From Vicugna vicugna (Eukaryota), in assembly GCA_013265495.1 (NCBI GenBank), contig MU061579.1:1485319-1549318 (forward strand): a DNA stretch of 64,000 nucleotides. Reading direction: 5' to 3'. Shown in pieces: positions 13,522 through 26,706 of this stretch. Both the position numbers and the translations under genes were made by a program. How positions within the stretch are numbered: the stretch's first letter is position 1; the number at the start of each line of letters is the position of its first letter. The notes beneath the pieces were generated by a model that saw nothing but the letters and a program-made list of their open reading frames with translations, did not search any database and had not been told where the DNA came from.

Positions 13522-13651
13522 GTGATCTAGTCCAACCTCATTTCACATAGAAAAGCTGAAAAGTGAATTTACTCCAACAAAGCTGTAGAGAAAGTTAAAG
13601 GCAGAACAGGAATAAAATCAAAGATCCGAGATCTCTGGTCCTTGCTTTTCC
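13522..13651 (-). mobile_element. MIR (MIR3/MIRc-like) fragment
   Basis: atctagtccaacctcatttcacatagaaaagctga, a reverse-strand MIR core. Confidence 0.55.
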
Positions 13652-14365
13652 TAGTAAAAGGCATGAGCACCACTCTGGGCTTGACAGTGACATCATGATG
13701 TATGGGTTGTATCACAGGTTCCCGGGAGGCAGGGAGAGTGGAATTTATTCTGCAGTTCCAAGTGCTTTGGGCACTTACTACATAGTTTGCTGCTCCATTC
13801 ACTTCTCTCACGGTTGAAATTTATTGACTGACAGTCGTTTGGTTTTATTTTGTAAAATAAAATTTTAATTCGTATGTTGAATTATTATTAGACTATTCTG
13901 CAAAGTTGGCGAAGATTAAATGTTTTGTAGGTCAGCATTCTAAATGGCCATGCCACAGAGCCAAAATTATGAAATGCACTTTCCTATTTTTTAGTCCATG
14001 TGAATATGATTTAAAACATCTTCTCCTTTTAAAAAAATACCATAAACAATAGTTTCAAACAGTTTTCAGTGACAGCATGTTGACACTAAAAACATTTTTG
14101 CAGTTGTAATAAAGTGACGAAGCACTGATCGATCATTCAAAGAAAATGGCAGTACCATTCTGGTTAGCACAATCTATTATTTACTGATTAAATTAAAATA
14201 TATTTCAAAAGTAAACTATTATTATCAAATTGATAGCTGAAAAATGGTAAAAAAATAATCTTCATTATTTGGGGGGTTTTTTGGTCTTCAGAAATGAAAT
14301 GTAATGATGTATTTTAAAATGCTGTAGTTAATAAAAATTGGGAATAAGTGTGCTAAACTGAGTAG

Positions 14366-14834
14366 GGTTGAATGTGGGTTCCTCTAAAATGTTGCTAAAA
14401 CAACTTGATGAGTTATTGCTTACCGTAGCAAGGGAAATAACCATCTCCATAAAGTTTTAGTGAAAAAAAATTCAGGATATTTATGAGATTTTGAAGCCTG
14501 CTTTAGGATGCCACTCTTAGCAGGGGCTTGGTTGGAATTCCACAGGATCATAATGTAATAGCTTAGGATTGGTGGATGCAGTAAGTAGGTGAGACATTTG
14601 AGACAAGTGGGACATCAGAGTTTTGGGGGGTATGCTGTCCTTTGATACTTCCTACTGAAGAGTTTCTGCGTCTTTCAGGTAGTTCCTAAGATAAATAATA
14701 AAATTATTTGCCACTTTTATTTTCCTAGGCAAAGCATTCCCAGAATATTAAAGCCATGATGATGAAGAGAATGAATCGTAAAGTCATATTAATGAAAACA
14801 GTAAGCTGTGTAGATTTAGACATTTGGGTTTTCA
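14366..14834 (-). mobile_element. ERV1-type solo LTR, MER110-like
   Basis: Reverse strand begins TGaaaaccc...acacagcttactgttttcattaatatgactttac and includes ccaccaatcctaagctatta and gtaagcaataa, matching the remembered MER110 consensus. About 470 bp. Confidence 0.7.
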
Positions 14835-15235
14835 GAGGATTCACATGTCAGAAAGATAAGAGTGAAAAAAATAAAATCAGAAATTGTGTACGCTTTCAAA
14901 CTGCAAAAATATAAGGATTTTATTTCCCTCCACAAAATTAACCCATATGTATGTTTTCAAAAGCATTCCCACGTCTGTTGCAAACTTCTAATGGATTGTC
15001 TGAAAATGTGTGCTCTGAAACCTCAAAGATTCTTCTCCAGTGTCATTCTCACTGCGTCAAAGAGTTAACGACATTTTCACAGACAATTTACACCTTGTTC
15101 CTTGAAGTACCTACCCCAGGGTGCCTTTGCCTCCAGCTGAAGGTACCAGATAAAGAGTCCGCAGAGAAATTTGCCCTTAATCTTAGTAGCTGCTCCATTG
15201 CCTGCACAAATTCCGTATCTAATCTTTTCCTCTCT

Positions 15236-15930
15236 TCAATTCATTCTTTCATTCATTCAACAAATAACTGCCGGGTTGCTGGTATGGACAAGACAATATA
15301 GCAGCGATGGGGACCAAGACGAGAGAGGAAATCACAGTCCTGAGCTTCATTTCCTTCTGCTTGGGAAAAAAAATCAGTGAACAGTTAGCATTGTAATCAC
15401 GCTGAGGGATGAAGGAAGACATAGGCTGGGGTCCAAACAAGCATAGAATAAGAAAAGCAAACCTAATGTGGCCAGGAATGGTTTAGGAAAGATTTTTTGA
15501 AAAAGTGAAGTTTAAGCATTGAGCTTCCTGATAAGTACGATTTAGCCAGGCAAAATGGCAGTGGGAGGGAGAAGACAGAATGCTGGGCACAGAAAAAGCA
15601 TTCATTTATTCATTAATTGAACAAGCATGAATTTCATTCCTTGTAGAGTAGACACTTTTCCAGGCATTGTAAATATAGTGTTAAAAGGGGAATAAAAACA
15701 AACAAACAAAAGAAATGGGAGAGTTATATTCACACAATAGATAGAAAAGAACATAGTGTAGTGTGGCCATGGACTTGAAAACATACATAGGGCTCGTGTT
15801 AAGAAACAAAACGGGAAGAAAATTTGCAGAGTTAGACGAGGTTAGAGTAGCCAGGACCCTTGTCTAAGCTGTGTCAAGGAATTTAGACTTTTCTTAAAGA
15901 CACTGAAAACTGCAGAATTTTAAGCTTACA
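15236..15930 (-). mobile_element. L2 LINE 3' region, with a second L2 tail at ~15601-15700
   Basis: (ttca)n tail attcattcaacaaata followed by purine-rich reverse-strand L2 sequence (gtcaaggaatttagacttttct). Confidence 0.7.
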
Positions 15931-16059
15931 AAGAGTTTCATGCTTTCTCTTAAAAAAAAATGCAGCCCTAGATACACATAAGAGTTTTAAAATTGCCTTC
16001 CAAGACTGCCTTACATGTGTACTATGCATGAGGAATTAAATAAATAGAGAGTGAATGGT

Positions 16060-17805
16060 AAGAATCAGGTCATTGTCAGCTAAAAAAGTTCAGATAAATA
16101 AGAAATAAAGAATGGAATATATGCTATGGAACTGGACTAAAGCCTGAGACATCAGTATGAACTCATGATTATGTATATATGTGTATATATACACACATAT
16201 ATATAAACACATAATATCACACACATAGAAACAGTTACAGCTATCTGAGTACACACTGGTTAGTATAGGTATATTCTCTAGTTCTGTCTGTTGAGAGGGC
16301 CTAGAAACAAGGATACCTCAGCAGAAAGGATTACACTCAGCACTCAGATTTTAGTTCCAAACAATATTCTCTAATAAAAAAATAATATTCTTTGGATTAA
16401 TAACTGACTTTAGAGTTCACACAGGGAAAACGCAAACTAAGCCTGGAGCATCCTGTAATACCATTAAGAATGTTCTAAAAAATATTAGTAAGACATGTCA
16501 ACGGGACATAGGGGTCAAACTAAAAAATACTCCCAAAGACCAAATTTTGCACAATTTGAGCAACAATATAAACATAATTGTGGATTATAATCCTACATAA
16601 AAATAGTACTATGTAAGTCCATACTGATATAAACAAATGATCAAGTAAACCAGTAGATGTGGAAGACATAAATGTTCTTACAGAAGATTTCCAAAAATAT
16701 AAATATATATATATAGTCCTTCTAAGAATTAGGGCTTAGATCCCCACTACAACCCCATACCCATGACAGGGCACTAGACTTAGTGACTAGCTTTCAAAAT
16801 ACAGAATAGGAAAAGGGAAAAATAGTAATCCTATGGTGGAGAAACCTGGCAATTACTGCCCTAAACGTAAGTGATGCAGGTGAACGTTGTCATCTTCCTC
16901 CTGATATGATGTGATGACAAGGACACTAGTCTGTGGTACTCTTTTCAAAACTTCATAACCTGATTCTAATTATGAGGAAATAAATAAATATATGTACAGA
17001 CAGAGAGAGAGAGAGGGAGGGAGGGAGGGAGAGAGACAGACAGGCAGGCAGTCAGGCAGACCCAGCTTGGGAGTACTTTCCTAGAGACTACCTCACTAGG
17101 ACTCCTCAAGATTGTCAAAGTGATGAACAACAAGGAAAGACTGAAAAACTATCCCAGACCAGCAGGGTCAGGGAAGAGAGGAGGACTAAATAAAATATAG
17201 TGCTGATACTCCAGCCTGAATATTTGTGTCCTGCCGAAATGCACATGTTGAAACCTAACTCTCAAGGTGACGGTGGTGGGGCCTTTGGGAGGTGATCAGG
17301 TCATGAGGGCAGAGCTCTCATGAATGAGATTAGTGCCCATAGAAAGTCACCCCAGAGAGAGAGATGGCCCCCTTTCACCATGTTGGGGCACAACCAGAAG
17401 ACAGCCATCTATGAACCAGGAAACAGACCCTCACCAGACACCGGATTTGCTGGCACTTGGATCTCAGACTCTCCGTCCTCTAAAACTGGGAGAAATGAAA
17501 GTTGGTTAATCTCCCCCAGTCTATGGTATTTTTGTTACAACAGCCCAAACAGACTAAAACACCTAGACTATATCAAGGGACAGAAAAAGACCATTAACAG
17601 AAAAAGTGATGCAATCCACTGGAGTTTAGTTCACACTAATACATCAGTGTCAGTTTCTTAGTTTTGACAATTATACCAGAGTAAAATAAGATGTTAACAA
17701 TGGGAGAAACTAGGTAGGAGCTTTACAAAAACTCTTTGTGTTTTTACAGTTTTCCTGCTAATCCAAAAATTATTTCAAAATAAGAAGTTTAAATATAAAT
17801 AAATA
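16060..17805 (+). mobile_element. L1MC-type 3' UTR, interrupted by an MLT1A LTR
   Basis: L1MC 3' UTR motifs (gagacatcagtatgaactcatg; ttgagagggcctagaaacaa; gtggagaaacctggc; gtcagtttcttagttttgacaa) ending in an A-rich tail. Confidence 0.8.
17207..17561 (+). mobile_element. MLT1A-type MaLR solo LTR
   Basis: ctgaatatttgtgtcc...gggcctttgggaggtgatcaggtcatgagggcagagctctcatgaatg...cagcccaaacagactaaaaCA. Full length, ~355 bp. Confidence 0.9.
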
Positions 17806-19627
17806 AAAGGCAGCCTCTTCCCTGTCAAGGCCGGCAGGACACCACCCCCCAGCCAAGGTCATGCCTTTCCTCAGCTACTGAGTGTCCACAGAGAGGTCTT
17901 CAAACACTACAAGTTAATTATATTTTAACAGATATTGGCTCTGAAAATGTTACTTGGGTTTTTCTCTTCTCAAGTGAGCCAGAAAACACTTCAAAAATGA
18001 TTTGTGTTAGCTTGTTTTTTTTTTTTTCATCTGTTTAGAATAACTGCCACAAAAAAGAAATAATTTCAAAAAATAAATGAAAGCAAGCAAAAAACTATTA
18101 AAGGACAGAGAGAATATTATATTTGACAAGTCGACACTAAACATCTTATTTTTGTGTAAATCGCAGCAGATGTCAGCAATAAACATTATTAGAGAGTGGG
18201 AAGAATTAGTTTTTAGCATGAAAAATATTCAAACTTACTTCTTCCTTGGTGTCTTTTAAGATGCAGTTATTTTTGGAATGTTTTTTAACAACAACAGGGC
18301 CATAACTACACAGCATGACTATGTGCAAGTCCCTTCTGACTTGTTTCTAACGGATTTTTTTCTTCCTTTCTTTCTTTTTTTTTTTTCACTGAGACCTACA
18401 CGACACTGCTCTAATGGTTCAGTAATGAGCCAGCCGAGAGCCTGTTTAACTGCACAGAATAGTGATTTCCAGAGGCTAATCCTGATTGGTCAGAAGCAGG
18501 AGAGACAGACTACACTGTCAAGTTTTTTGCATCCTTTTATTAAGCTCTTCCTGAGCATGAAGTATCCACAAATTCTTTCTGCTTTAGAGTTCTGCATGGC
18601 TGTAGACTCATTATGACCAAAACCTACCCCAAGAACCTACCTTACTTTCTAATTTCCATATACATTTGCAATGCACCCAATTTTCTAAGCGTTAAGAATG
18701 GTGATCTCTTGGTTCTTGAATTTATTTTAGTCCACCCGTGTAATTAGTGGGTAGTCCTTAGTGACTCTGATTTGGAGTTATTTCTTCATATTTCATTTTC
18801 CATAACCATGCCTGATGCTACAGTGATTGTCCTGGGGATCTCACGCCCGGACAGTTCATTTCACAAGCCCTGAATCTCTCTATCTCGGACTCTCACTTTT
18901 CTCTCCCTATCATATTCTGATAAAACTGTGTTTAACTCTCTCTTGTAATCGCCCCAGGAAAAACCTTTTTCTCAAGGAAGGCTAGTGGCCAGCACAGTGC
19001 TCATCATTCATTAAAATTAGAATTTTTGTTTCCTTTGACTTTTTGGTAAAATAAAATGCAGCATTAAAAATAGAAACCAATAAACCAAAAATCTAATCTT
19101 TAGAAAAAACATATTTTTTTTCATGCTATTATTCCCTCCTTAGCCTGTACATGTCCTTCTGTTTGTTAGAGGTGTGTTCCTAGAATCCTTTGTTAGACCT
19201 TTCCCAAGACTGTTCCAGAATCATGTAATATGTCATTTTCAGATCATGTATATTATCTTTATGCCTTTTTCAGTTTATATTGTTACGTTTTATTTTGTCT
19301 CTTCAACGAAGAGAAGGCTTTGCAGATCTATAATGTCCCAACTCATCACCAAACATAGTTCAGTGGATGTAGGAAAGAAAAGAAATTTTAATTGTTTGAA
19401 ACTCAGCTATTACATATTTCATGTCCTTGACTTTTAGAGCATGACCTCCTCATATTAGAAATATGCTGATGTGGCTGTGTCTTTCAGATCTATATCTATA
19501 CCTATTTCTAGATCTATTATCTATCTATTCATTTTATAATGTGTACAAATATAACACATAATTAGAAAACTAGAAATGTTTACAGTTACCCACAATTTTA
19601 CTATCCAGAGATCCTTTATGGAACCTG

Positions 19628-19940
19628 AAGAATCTGTCCCATGCTTCTCTCCTTGAATCTGCCCAGCTTTGCTGGCAAGCTTTGGTGTTCTTTGGTTTGT
19701 TATCCATCTCCCTAGTCTCTGCCTGTATCTTCTCATGGTATCCTCCCTGTGCACATGTCTATGTCTGAATTTTCCATTTTTTATAAGGACACCACTTATA
19801 TTGGATTAGGATCTACCACACTAATGACCTCATCTTAACTTGGTAATCTATAAAGACCTTATTTCCAAATAACATCATTCACAGGTACTGGGGTTTAGGA
19901 AAACAACATCTTTTGGGGTGACAAAATTCAACCCATAACA
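19628..19940 (-). mobile_element. MLT1B/C-type MaLR LTR, 5' part
   Basis: ttataaggacaccac...ttggattagg...atgacctcatcttaact...aattcaacccataaca (TGTTATGGGTTGAATT on the reverse strand). Confidence 0.88.
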
Positions 19941-20619
19941 GGTATCTTATCCTGAATAAGTGTCTCATTGGTAACTCACAGGTGAAGACCAGTCTTCACT
20001 GAAGTCCCAAGCAGAGCTGATTATTGTGATGTTAGCAAGGCATCGGGGATTTCTTAAGGGCCACCAAACAGAAGAATTCCATGATTCTGTTTGTAAGAGA
20101 TAGAACTCAGCTCATGTCTTAAACCCACACAGTCAACAGATCCACATGAAAGTGTTGTTTCTTAAGTGGACACTGAATTATAGTTTAGGGTTAAAATCTC
20201 TCCCATCCTTTCCTATCTTCAATTCACTCAGGCACAGAAAAGGCATTCACAATAAGAACAAAAATTATACGCAGAGTAAGGACTGGTAATTAAGAAGAAT
20301 TGGATCTTAAAGACTCCCCTCAATAGTCAGACTTGTTTGTGAGTAACCATCGTGATATGAAAAAAGGAAGTATTGCCTTAGATAATTTCAGTTTCCATGT
20401 ACTTTATGTACTTCAATCTTCCCCTGCCAAATAGCTGGTTGGCTTCATCTACAACTGGGACTTGGCTGAAAAGTTTTTATCCACAATCACCCAAAGGATA
20501 ATATAATTTCAGAATTGTAATCAGAGTTCATGAGACTCAATTTATTTCTACTGGATAGTGACTAAGGGCCAGGGACCAACTGAACATGATACTTAGAATC
20601 AGAAATTGAAATGCTGGAA

Positions 20620-21030
20620 GTGACAAGGTCCCAGGGACTCGTCAGCCACTTTACTTCAGAGATGAGAATCCTGCAATCAAGAGGCCAGCAGTGACTGGGC
20701 TGCTCAGCCAGGGCTCTTGACTCCCAGTCCAATCTTCCTTCCAAAGGGATGTTTAAATGTAGGTTCCTGGCATCCTCTTTCACCTCTCTAATAATCCTTC
20801 ATCTCTAAGATCTTAGGAGACATTCTGACAAAGAGATCAGATGCTCCAGAATGTTAGGGCTCCATTGAGTCTTGTAGATCAACTAGTAACTAGATCAGAC
20901 TCTAGTCCAAACACTTCCCTTTACAGGGAGGAAAACTGGAGACCAGAGAGAGAAGCTGATTGGGTTCCTACCATTAGCCAGAGACATACCTGGTACTGGA
21001 ACCAAGTTTCCTGGTAGAATTGAATGCTCT
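20620..21030 (-). mobile_element. Two degraded MIR fragments
   Basis: Core motifs cagagatgagaatcctg...tcttgactcccagtcc and tctagtccaa...ttacagggaggaaaactggagacc. Confidence 0.55.
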
Positions 21031-21084
21031 CATTCCTTCCTTCTTTAGATTGAATAACTCTTATGATTCAATTCAATTCAAGTC

Positions 21085-21815
21085 TCCTTTGTTAGCTTAT
21101 TAGCTATAATTTTATTTTGTTTTGTTATTTAGTCATTTCTTCAAGGTTTATAGCATACATCTTTAACTTACCACAGTTTATGTTCAAGTCATGTTATATG
21201 ACCCTCACATGTATATTATAAAAACCTTACTTTTCTCTCCTCCTAGCCTTTATCCTATTATTACCATACATTTTACTTAAGCACATGTTATAAACCCCTA
21301 AATGCATTTCATTATCTTTTGAACAGTCAATTATATTTTAAAGAGATTAATTAATATTTACACATTTACCCATGGATTTACCAAGTCCTGTGTTCTTCAT
21401 CCCTTTGTGTAGATCCATATTACCATCTGCTATCATTTTTCTTTGGTGACACTTTTTTTCAGCTTTCATAGGCCTGAAAAAGTCTCTATTTCACTTACAT
21501 TTTTTGAAGGATATTTTTGCTGGGTATAGAATTCTAGACTGATAAACTATGGCTGTCTTGATTTTCCCAGCCTTCTAGGTTGGTCTCTTCAATTTAAGGA
21601 ATCTGCTGAGCTGCAGCCTGCCAACTAGACAATAAGCTGGGGCAATCACAGAGCTCATCTCCTTAGTTTCACATTTTTCAGGGATTGTCTTTCTTCATTA
21701 CCTGATGTACAGTGTCTTAAAAACTCTTGTTTCATATAATTTGCTTTTTTTTTTTGGTTGTTTCAGGTAGGAAGGTAAATTTGATGTTAGACACTTCATC
21801 TTGGCTCAGTAATCA
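21085..21815 (-). mobile_element. Old L1 (L1ME-type) 5' end/ORF1 region with an internal deletion
   Basis: The ORF1-end motif ttttgctgggtatagaattctag and the 5'-terminal motif ttgtttcaggtaggaaggtaaat...catcttggct align by eye with the + strand copy at 41450-43170. Confidence 0.75.
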
Positions 21816-22714
21816 GACACTGAGTTTTATATTTTATTCTTGGAAAGACTGTCTCATTTTATACATTTTTTTTTCAGATTGCCTTTACTTCTTTTGCATT
21901 TAACAAATTTGATATATCTGAAATCTGTTTTGTTGTGTTGTAAGAAATAAATATGTGACTGTATCCTTTTTCAAATATTTAATCAATTTTCTTTAAATTA
22001 TTTATTAAATTATGTCTTTTTTATCCAATGTTTGGTCTTTATCATATTTCAAATATATAATTTGAAGTAAGCATCTGATGGGCAAATACTATGATTTCTT
22101 GTTCAAATAACATCATTTCATTACTATAACAGCTAATAGGAAAACAAGTTGAATGTTAATCTACTTTTCCCACATATTTTGGGTTAGTTTTACCTACTTT
22201 CACTTCCAAATATATTTGGGGGATTATTTTGTCAATGTCTTATGTTTATTAATTAATTGCAAAACATAAAATCCTTAACAACATTTAATGTTCTCATGGA
22301 ATACTATCCCTTAATGTCATCAAGTTTTCCATTATGGGCTCTTTAGGCAAATTGTTTTTTAGTGTTTATCATACAAGTCCTAAGTTATCTTGGAATCTCA
22401 AAAACTCTTAATTTTTATGTTACTCTATTGCTTGTTTCTTCTATCACAGCTCTTCATCGTGGTCAATGATGTTCTCAGTCATGATCCTACTTCACTATTA
22501 CTGCTGCTACTGCTATTACTACAAACACTATTACCGTGTCCAGTATTTTATCTCAAAAGTCAGTTATTCATCTATTTCAGGTGAACAGAATTCAAAATTT
22601 CCCCACATAGTCAAATTTTATAGAAGCATACTTATGAGTGAAGTTGTAGATTTGAAAGCATTTTAGAAAGATATTAAGAGCTAATGTAGATTGTGAACTC
22701 TTTGCTGGGAGCTA

Positions 22715-22898
22715 TGATTTCATCATCCTATTTAATCTTCATAACATATTACACAACAGGGTTATTCCTATCACCAGTTAACAGGAAGGAACTTAGGTTG
22801 GTAACATCTACATGTCTCTCATACTATGTCATTGGTGGAGCCAGAACTTGAACCCTATCAGCCAGGCTGCAGACACATTCACTGCATCACAGCATTGC
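22715..22898 (-). mobile_element. MIR SINE
   Basis: atttaatcttcataaca...acaggaaggaacttagg...ggtggagccagaacttgaaccc. Confidence 0.75.
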
Positions 22899-25380
22899 TC
22901 TTGACAGTTAAATGGATTCAGTCTATTTTCACAAAGAGCAAGTTCAGATAGGAGCATCTTGGTTCTTAGGTAGCAATTCGTGTTCCATAAGCTCTGTCTT
23001 AGTTCCTAGCATTGTCCTTGCTGCAGAGAAGAGATTTCTGAAGAGTGATTATATGTTTATTAGGCCACTAAGTTATGAACTAGGTAGAAATAATTATTTT
23101 ATTTTCTATATTTAAACATTGCTAATATTAAGTGACAAGTTTTAGTACAAATGTCTATATGATTTCTCAATTTTTTATTCCTGAAAATTCCTTACAGAAA
23201 TCATTATTGTGGTTTGTTTATTTTGGTGCAATCAACAACATAGATGGACAACTCTGTTTCTCAAAAAAACTACTTAATATTATATTAAATATTTTGGACA
23301 CAGGAAAATTTATTAGTAGAGATATCTTATATAAATTTTGGAAAGAGTTCAGGATTTTGTGAATAAACATTTATAAAGGTTGCCAAAACAATGACAGCAA
23401 CAAAAATAGAAGTACATCTTTTTTGTAACATATTAACAATAGGAGAATAACCACATAAAGAAAACAAAAATATTTGCTTCCATAGTTAAATTTCATGAAA
23501 GTCTTTTTTTTAAAAAAATCATTGAGTCACTGCAGAAAGTAGAAGAAATGGAGAAATAAAGATGACTGGGAACAAAAACCAAACCAAAAAATTATTAACC
23601 ATATCTAATAAACCCATCTGCAAGGGTGTTATCAATATTAGTTTAACGTTATTCTATGGAAGAATATTGTTACAATTGGAATTATTTCACAAAAGCAGAA
23701 GCTTAGAAATAATAAACACTTTGCTTTTACAAATGTATACAGAGGGATCCAAAGCTCAGTCTTTAGGAACTCTCTCTCTGAGTGCATTAAGTTAGGCTTA
23801 TAATTTCAACTTGAGACAATTTACATGGCTATCTAACCAGTATACTATTGAAGTGTGTATTTCATTGCTGTTGCCATAATACATTCTAAATTACTTTATG
23901 ACCCAGGGAAATCTGCATTAAACTCTGTTTAACAGTAAGTCAAATAGAAATCACTAAGAACTGTTCCTTACCTTGAGGAATTTGAAATTTAATGCAATTT
24001 TATTTCTTTATACATTTTAATAAATCTATCCATTTTTATGATATCTATGTCTATCTAAGCATGTGAAATTGTCCCATCATTTTACATAGTTCAAACCCCA
24101 TTGCTATTTGAAATTAATAGAAAACTGGATCAATTTTACTTTTGCCATTGTTGAATCTCTACTATGTCCATGCCACCAGACACTGAATCTTACATGATCC
24201 TAATTTGGAGTATGTCTAACCTAAAAGGTATTAATTTTTAGTATTTTGAGAATTAACAAAACTATATTGCATAGATTTTTCTCTCCATAACATCATCTGC
24301 ATTTCCCTCTTAATACCATGTAAACAAGATAAATGCAAAGATAAGCAAGACTGCATTAACTTATCTTGTATTGAAAGAATCTTAACAATCAAACATTGCT
24401 TATATCAGAAAAACTAATTTTCATTCAGAAAATTTACAGCTTGTCACCTACATATGTTCCTCCCCATTGATTTTGTATAGCTTTCTTTTTGCAAGCAGGT
24501 ATTTTCAATATGATTTTATTACTCCAATTCATTAACCTGACAGAAACATTTCAAATTAAAGAATGTTTCAATCAATAGGTTCCAGTCCACTTAAAACCGC
24601 TTTGGCCATTCTAACTTAATATTTTATATGCTTAGAATAAAAACAAGTGTGATTTCCAAGAAAACCTATATACAAATCCAGTTTCAAAAAGTTGTATACC
24701 TAACTCTTCAATAGAAGTACTAAAAACTGCTGAGACAAAGACAGTGTTGAGTCATGGTCTGGCATTTAGCAACTAAACACCAAAACCTCTTTTGTGAATT
24801 TCATGATTCAGTATTCACATTGACTTATTTTTGCAGCTCAAATCATCCTTATATAAAATTCGTGAATATTTTTGTATAATTCTGATAACTATGTTTATTA
24901 TGAATATATTCTATGGAGCCAAACCCAGTATATATTTTAAAATATATAAAAATAAATTTTTTGTCTATCATGTCATTTTGTTTGATTGTAATTGGACAAG
25001 TATTTAGATTTTTTTTTTAACAACTATGTTTTATCACCCTATTTTCCTGGGTTGTTCTGTAAGGCCCTTTGCAAGCTTGTGGCTCTGGTACCTTATACTG
25101 ACTGGAAGGTCTGGAAGGTTTCTCTGTCAATTCTATGCATATTTGAAACATTATTCATTACTTAACTAATTCTCTGTACTAGACACTGTAAGTACAAATC
25201 ATTAAAAATACAGTTATTATTAGTAGCTTAAAATATTTGTAAATAAGCAGGCATTAGTCTACTTTTATGAACCAGTAATAAAACAATTGCCATTATATAA
25301 AAATATATCTAGGTAATTATATATTTTTAAATACTAACTTTGAATAGAGTAAGTTACTTAGAAATATAGATGAGACAGGG

Positions 25381-25488
25381 TTTATGGTCCATCTGGGCTG
25401 CTATAACAAATTACCATAGATTTAGTGGTTTAAACAATAACCATTTACTTCTCACAGTTCTGGAGGATGGGAAGTCCAGGAGAAAGGC
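25381..25488 (-). mobile_element. MLT1A/B/C-type LTR 3' fragment
   Basis: gggctgctataacaaattaccatagatttagtggtttaaacaa...ctcacagttctggagg...gaagtcca. Confidence 0.85.
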
Positions 25489-26627
25489 AAATATAAAATT
25501 TTAAATAATGATAATACTAGTAATAATGTGATAAAACACACCAAGTGAATAAGTATAGAATATCAGTGAACTTGTTTTTTTAATTACTCTATGCTCATTT
25601 GGAATGGGTCTACAAGATAACATAAGACTCTACACAGAACGTTCTCTTTCCAAATTTATCCCATACTTCTGTCTGAAGTTAACTCTCACATGGGATATTT
25701 GGCTTCCAATGGTGGTCTTGTTTGCCATTAAGGGATGATTTTTGTCCTTAAGTTCTGCTTTCAGATCCAACATTGCTAGTCTTTGTCCTGCCACAACTAA
25801 TTATTTTTCTTTATAATAGGATCTGCCTGACCTAATCTAAAGGTGAAGAGGTCTGTACAAGTCTGATACAACTTTTACACTATCTTCTGTCAGGTCAAAA
25901 TATTAGAGTTATTCTAATCTGACTTGATCCAATGGTAGACTCTAAATTACACCAGGTAGTAAGAGAATAGCATGCATTTATATGATCTTCCATAAATAAT
26001 AATTTTCTTAGTTGAGAGTTTTGATGAGATTCAGTTTGAGGTTTTGTCCCTCATTGAGAACTCAGAGCATATGTATTTTATTATCCTCATTAATAACATA
26101 CCTTATCCCATTAAAAAAGAGTTGAGCAAGTTTAATGACTGACATTGTTCTTCTGTAACTTGAAGAAGATTAATGATATTTTTAGTCAAATAGAAAGCCA
26201 ATATCTTAAAACAAATGTATACAAATTTTCAAATTGATAAATATTCTGGAATATGGAATTTATCGTGCTATGTTATATCTCTATTCTATTTCTGGAAGCA
26301 TAAGGCATAGAGGAAAGCATTATTGTCACATATATATATAAATATATAAATATAGGTGATTATTATGTATCAATAATGTAACTAAGATTAGTCGCATTAA
26401 ACATTAAGTTCTCCTCCCACCAGTCATGACATATTGTGGGGAACCATTGTTTTTAGACTTTCAGCATACAACAGATGACTATTTTATCTATAGAAAGTCC
26501 CTGGTTAACTAAAATATTTAAAATTTTACTACTCATATTGGATAAATTTTTGTATCCCCCCCTCGGTGCCATTTTAGCTTTGCTTTTCTCTCTGTCTCAA
26601 AAGCATTATTTCCCCTTCCTGCCTCTG

Positions 26628-26706
26628 CATGTATGTGTGTGTGTGTGCGTGTGCATGTATGTGTGTGTGTGTGCGCACGTGCATGTGTGTGTGTGTATGT
26701 GCGTGC
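26628..26706. repeat. Compound (TG)n / alternating purine-pyrimidine microsatellite
   Basis: Seen directly. Confidence 0.92.

Noticed and set aside
19628..25488. MLT1 fragments at 19628-19940 and 25381-25488 as one split LTR
   Set aside because: Their order on the minus strand is the reverse of what a simple interruption would give, so I treat them as separate copies.
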